A DNA stretch of 64,000 bases, from assembly GCA_038040195.1 (NCBI GenBank), contig JBBPIR010000001.1, forward strand, positions 417,341-481,340, given 5' to 3'. Source of the stretch: Chloroflexota bacterium. Lineage in GTDB: Bacteria; Chloroflexota; Limnocylindria; QHBO01. Shown piece after piece: positions 63,951 to 64,000 of this stretch (within the stretch, counting starts at the first letter, position 1; every line of letters starts with the position of its first letter). The notes below the pieces were generated by a model. It saw only the letters and a program-made list of their open reading frames with translations, searched no databases and was not told the DNA's origin. Position numbers and translations under genes: made by a program.

Positions 63951-64000
63951 TGGCCAAGACCGATAGCCACCCCAAGCGCGAGGAGCTGACGGCCGCCGTC
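63951..64000 (+). CDS. 5' end of an unidentified gene (MAKTDSHPKREELTAAV...), truncated by window end
   Basis: ATG preceded by GGAGGA at good spacing; too short to classify. Confidence 0.3.

Overview
The window is high-GC (~70%) chromosomal DNA with gene content typical of an Actinobacteria-like or Chloroflexi-like lineage: split cytochrome b, PASTA Ser/Thr kinase, MprAB-PepD-like module. Coding is dense, with many 4-nt (ATGA/GTGA) gene overlaps. No CRISPR array, transposase or integrase was seen. Main blocks, in order: pstCAB-phoU plus a two-component pair; a complete System I cytochrome c maturation cluster ccmABCDEFGH with a divergent cupredoxin lipoprotein; transketolase and aminotransferase; iscA; a cupin-nucleotidyl cyclase fusion; a long minus-strand respiratory operon (GltD-like FeS flavoprotein, cytochrome b6, subunit IV, Rieske, dihaem cytochrome c, membrane proteins, class II aldolase); a PBP; a membrane-anchored SbcC/SbcD-like (SbcEF/YhaNO-like) pair preceded by bcp and two tiny hydrophobic ORFs; an ECF thiamine-salvage operon (TPP riboswitch, tpk, S component, fused EcfAA', EcfT); an HTH-GAFx4-GGDEF signalling protein; a putative NHEJ/DNA-repair island (WYL regulator, catalytically degenerate LigD-like domain, Ku, OsmC, NERD protein, DUF, ATP-dependent DNA ligase); tRNA-Glu; galU; a PknB-like kinase; trxA; folC; a folP-folB fusion; an htrA/HK/RR envelope-stress module; L25/Ctc; dppBC permeases; and an APC amino acid permease. 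The most interesting candidates are the Ku-associated pseudo-ligase island, the membrane-anchored Rad50/Mre11-like pair, and the NAD(P)H-type FeS flavoprotein translationally coupled to a b6c-type complex. Many long ORFs in the six-frame track are antisense, GC-driven artefacts.
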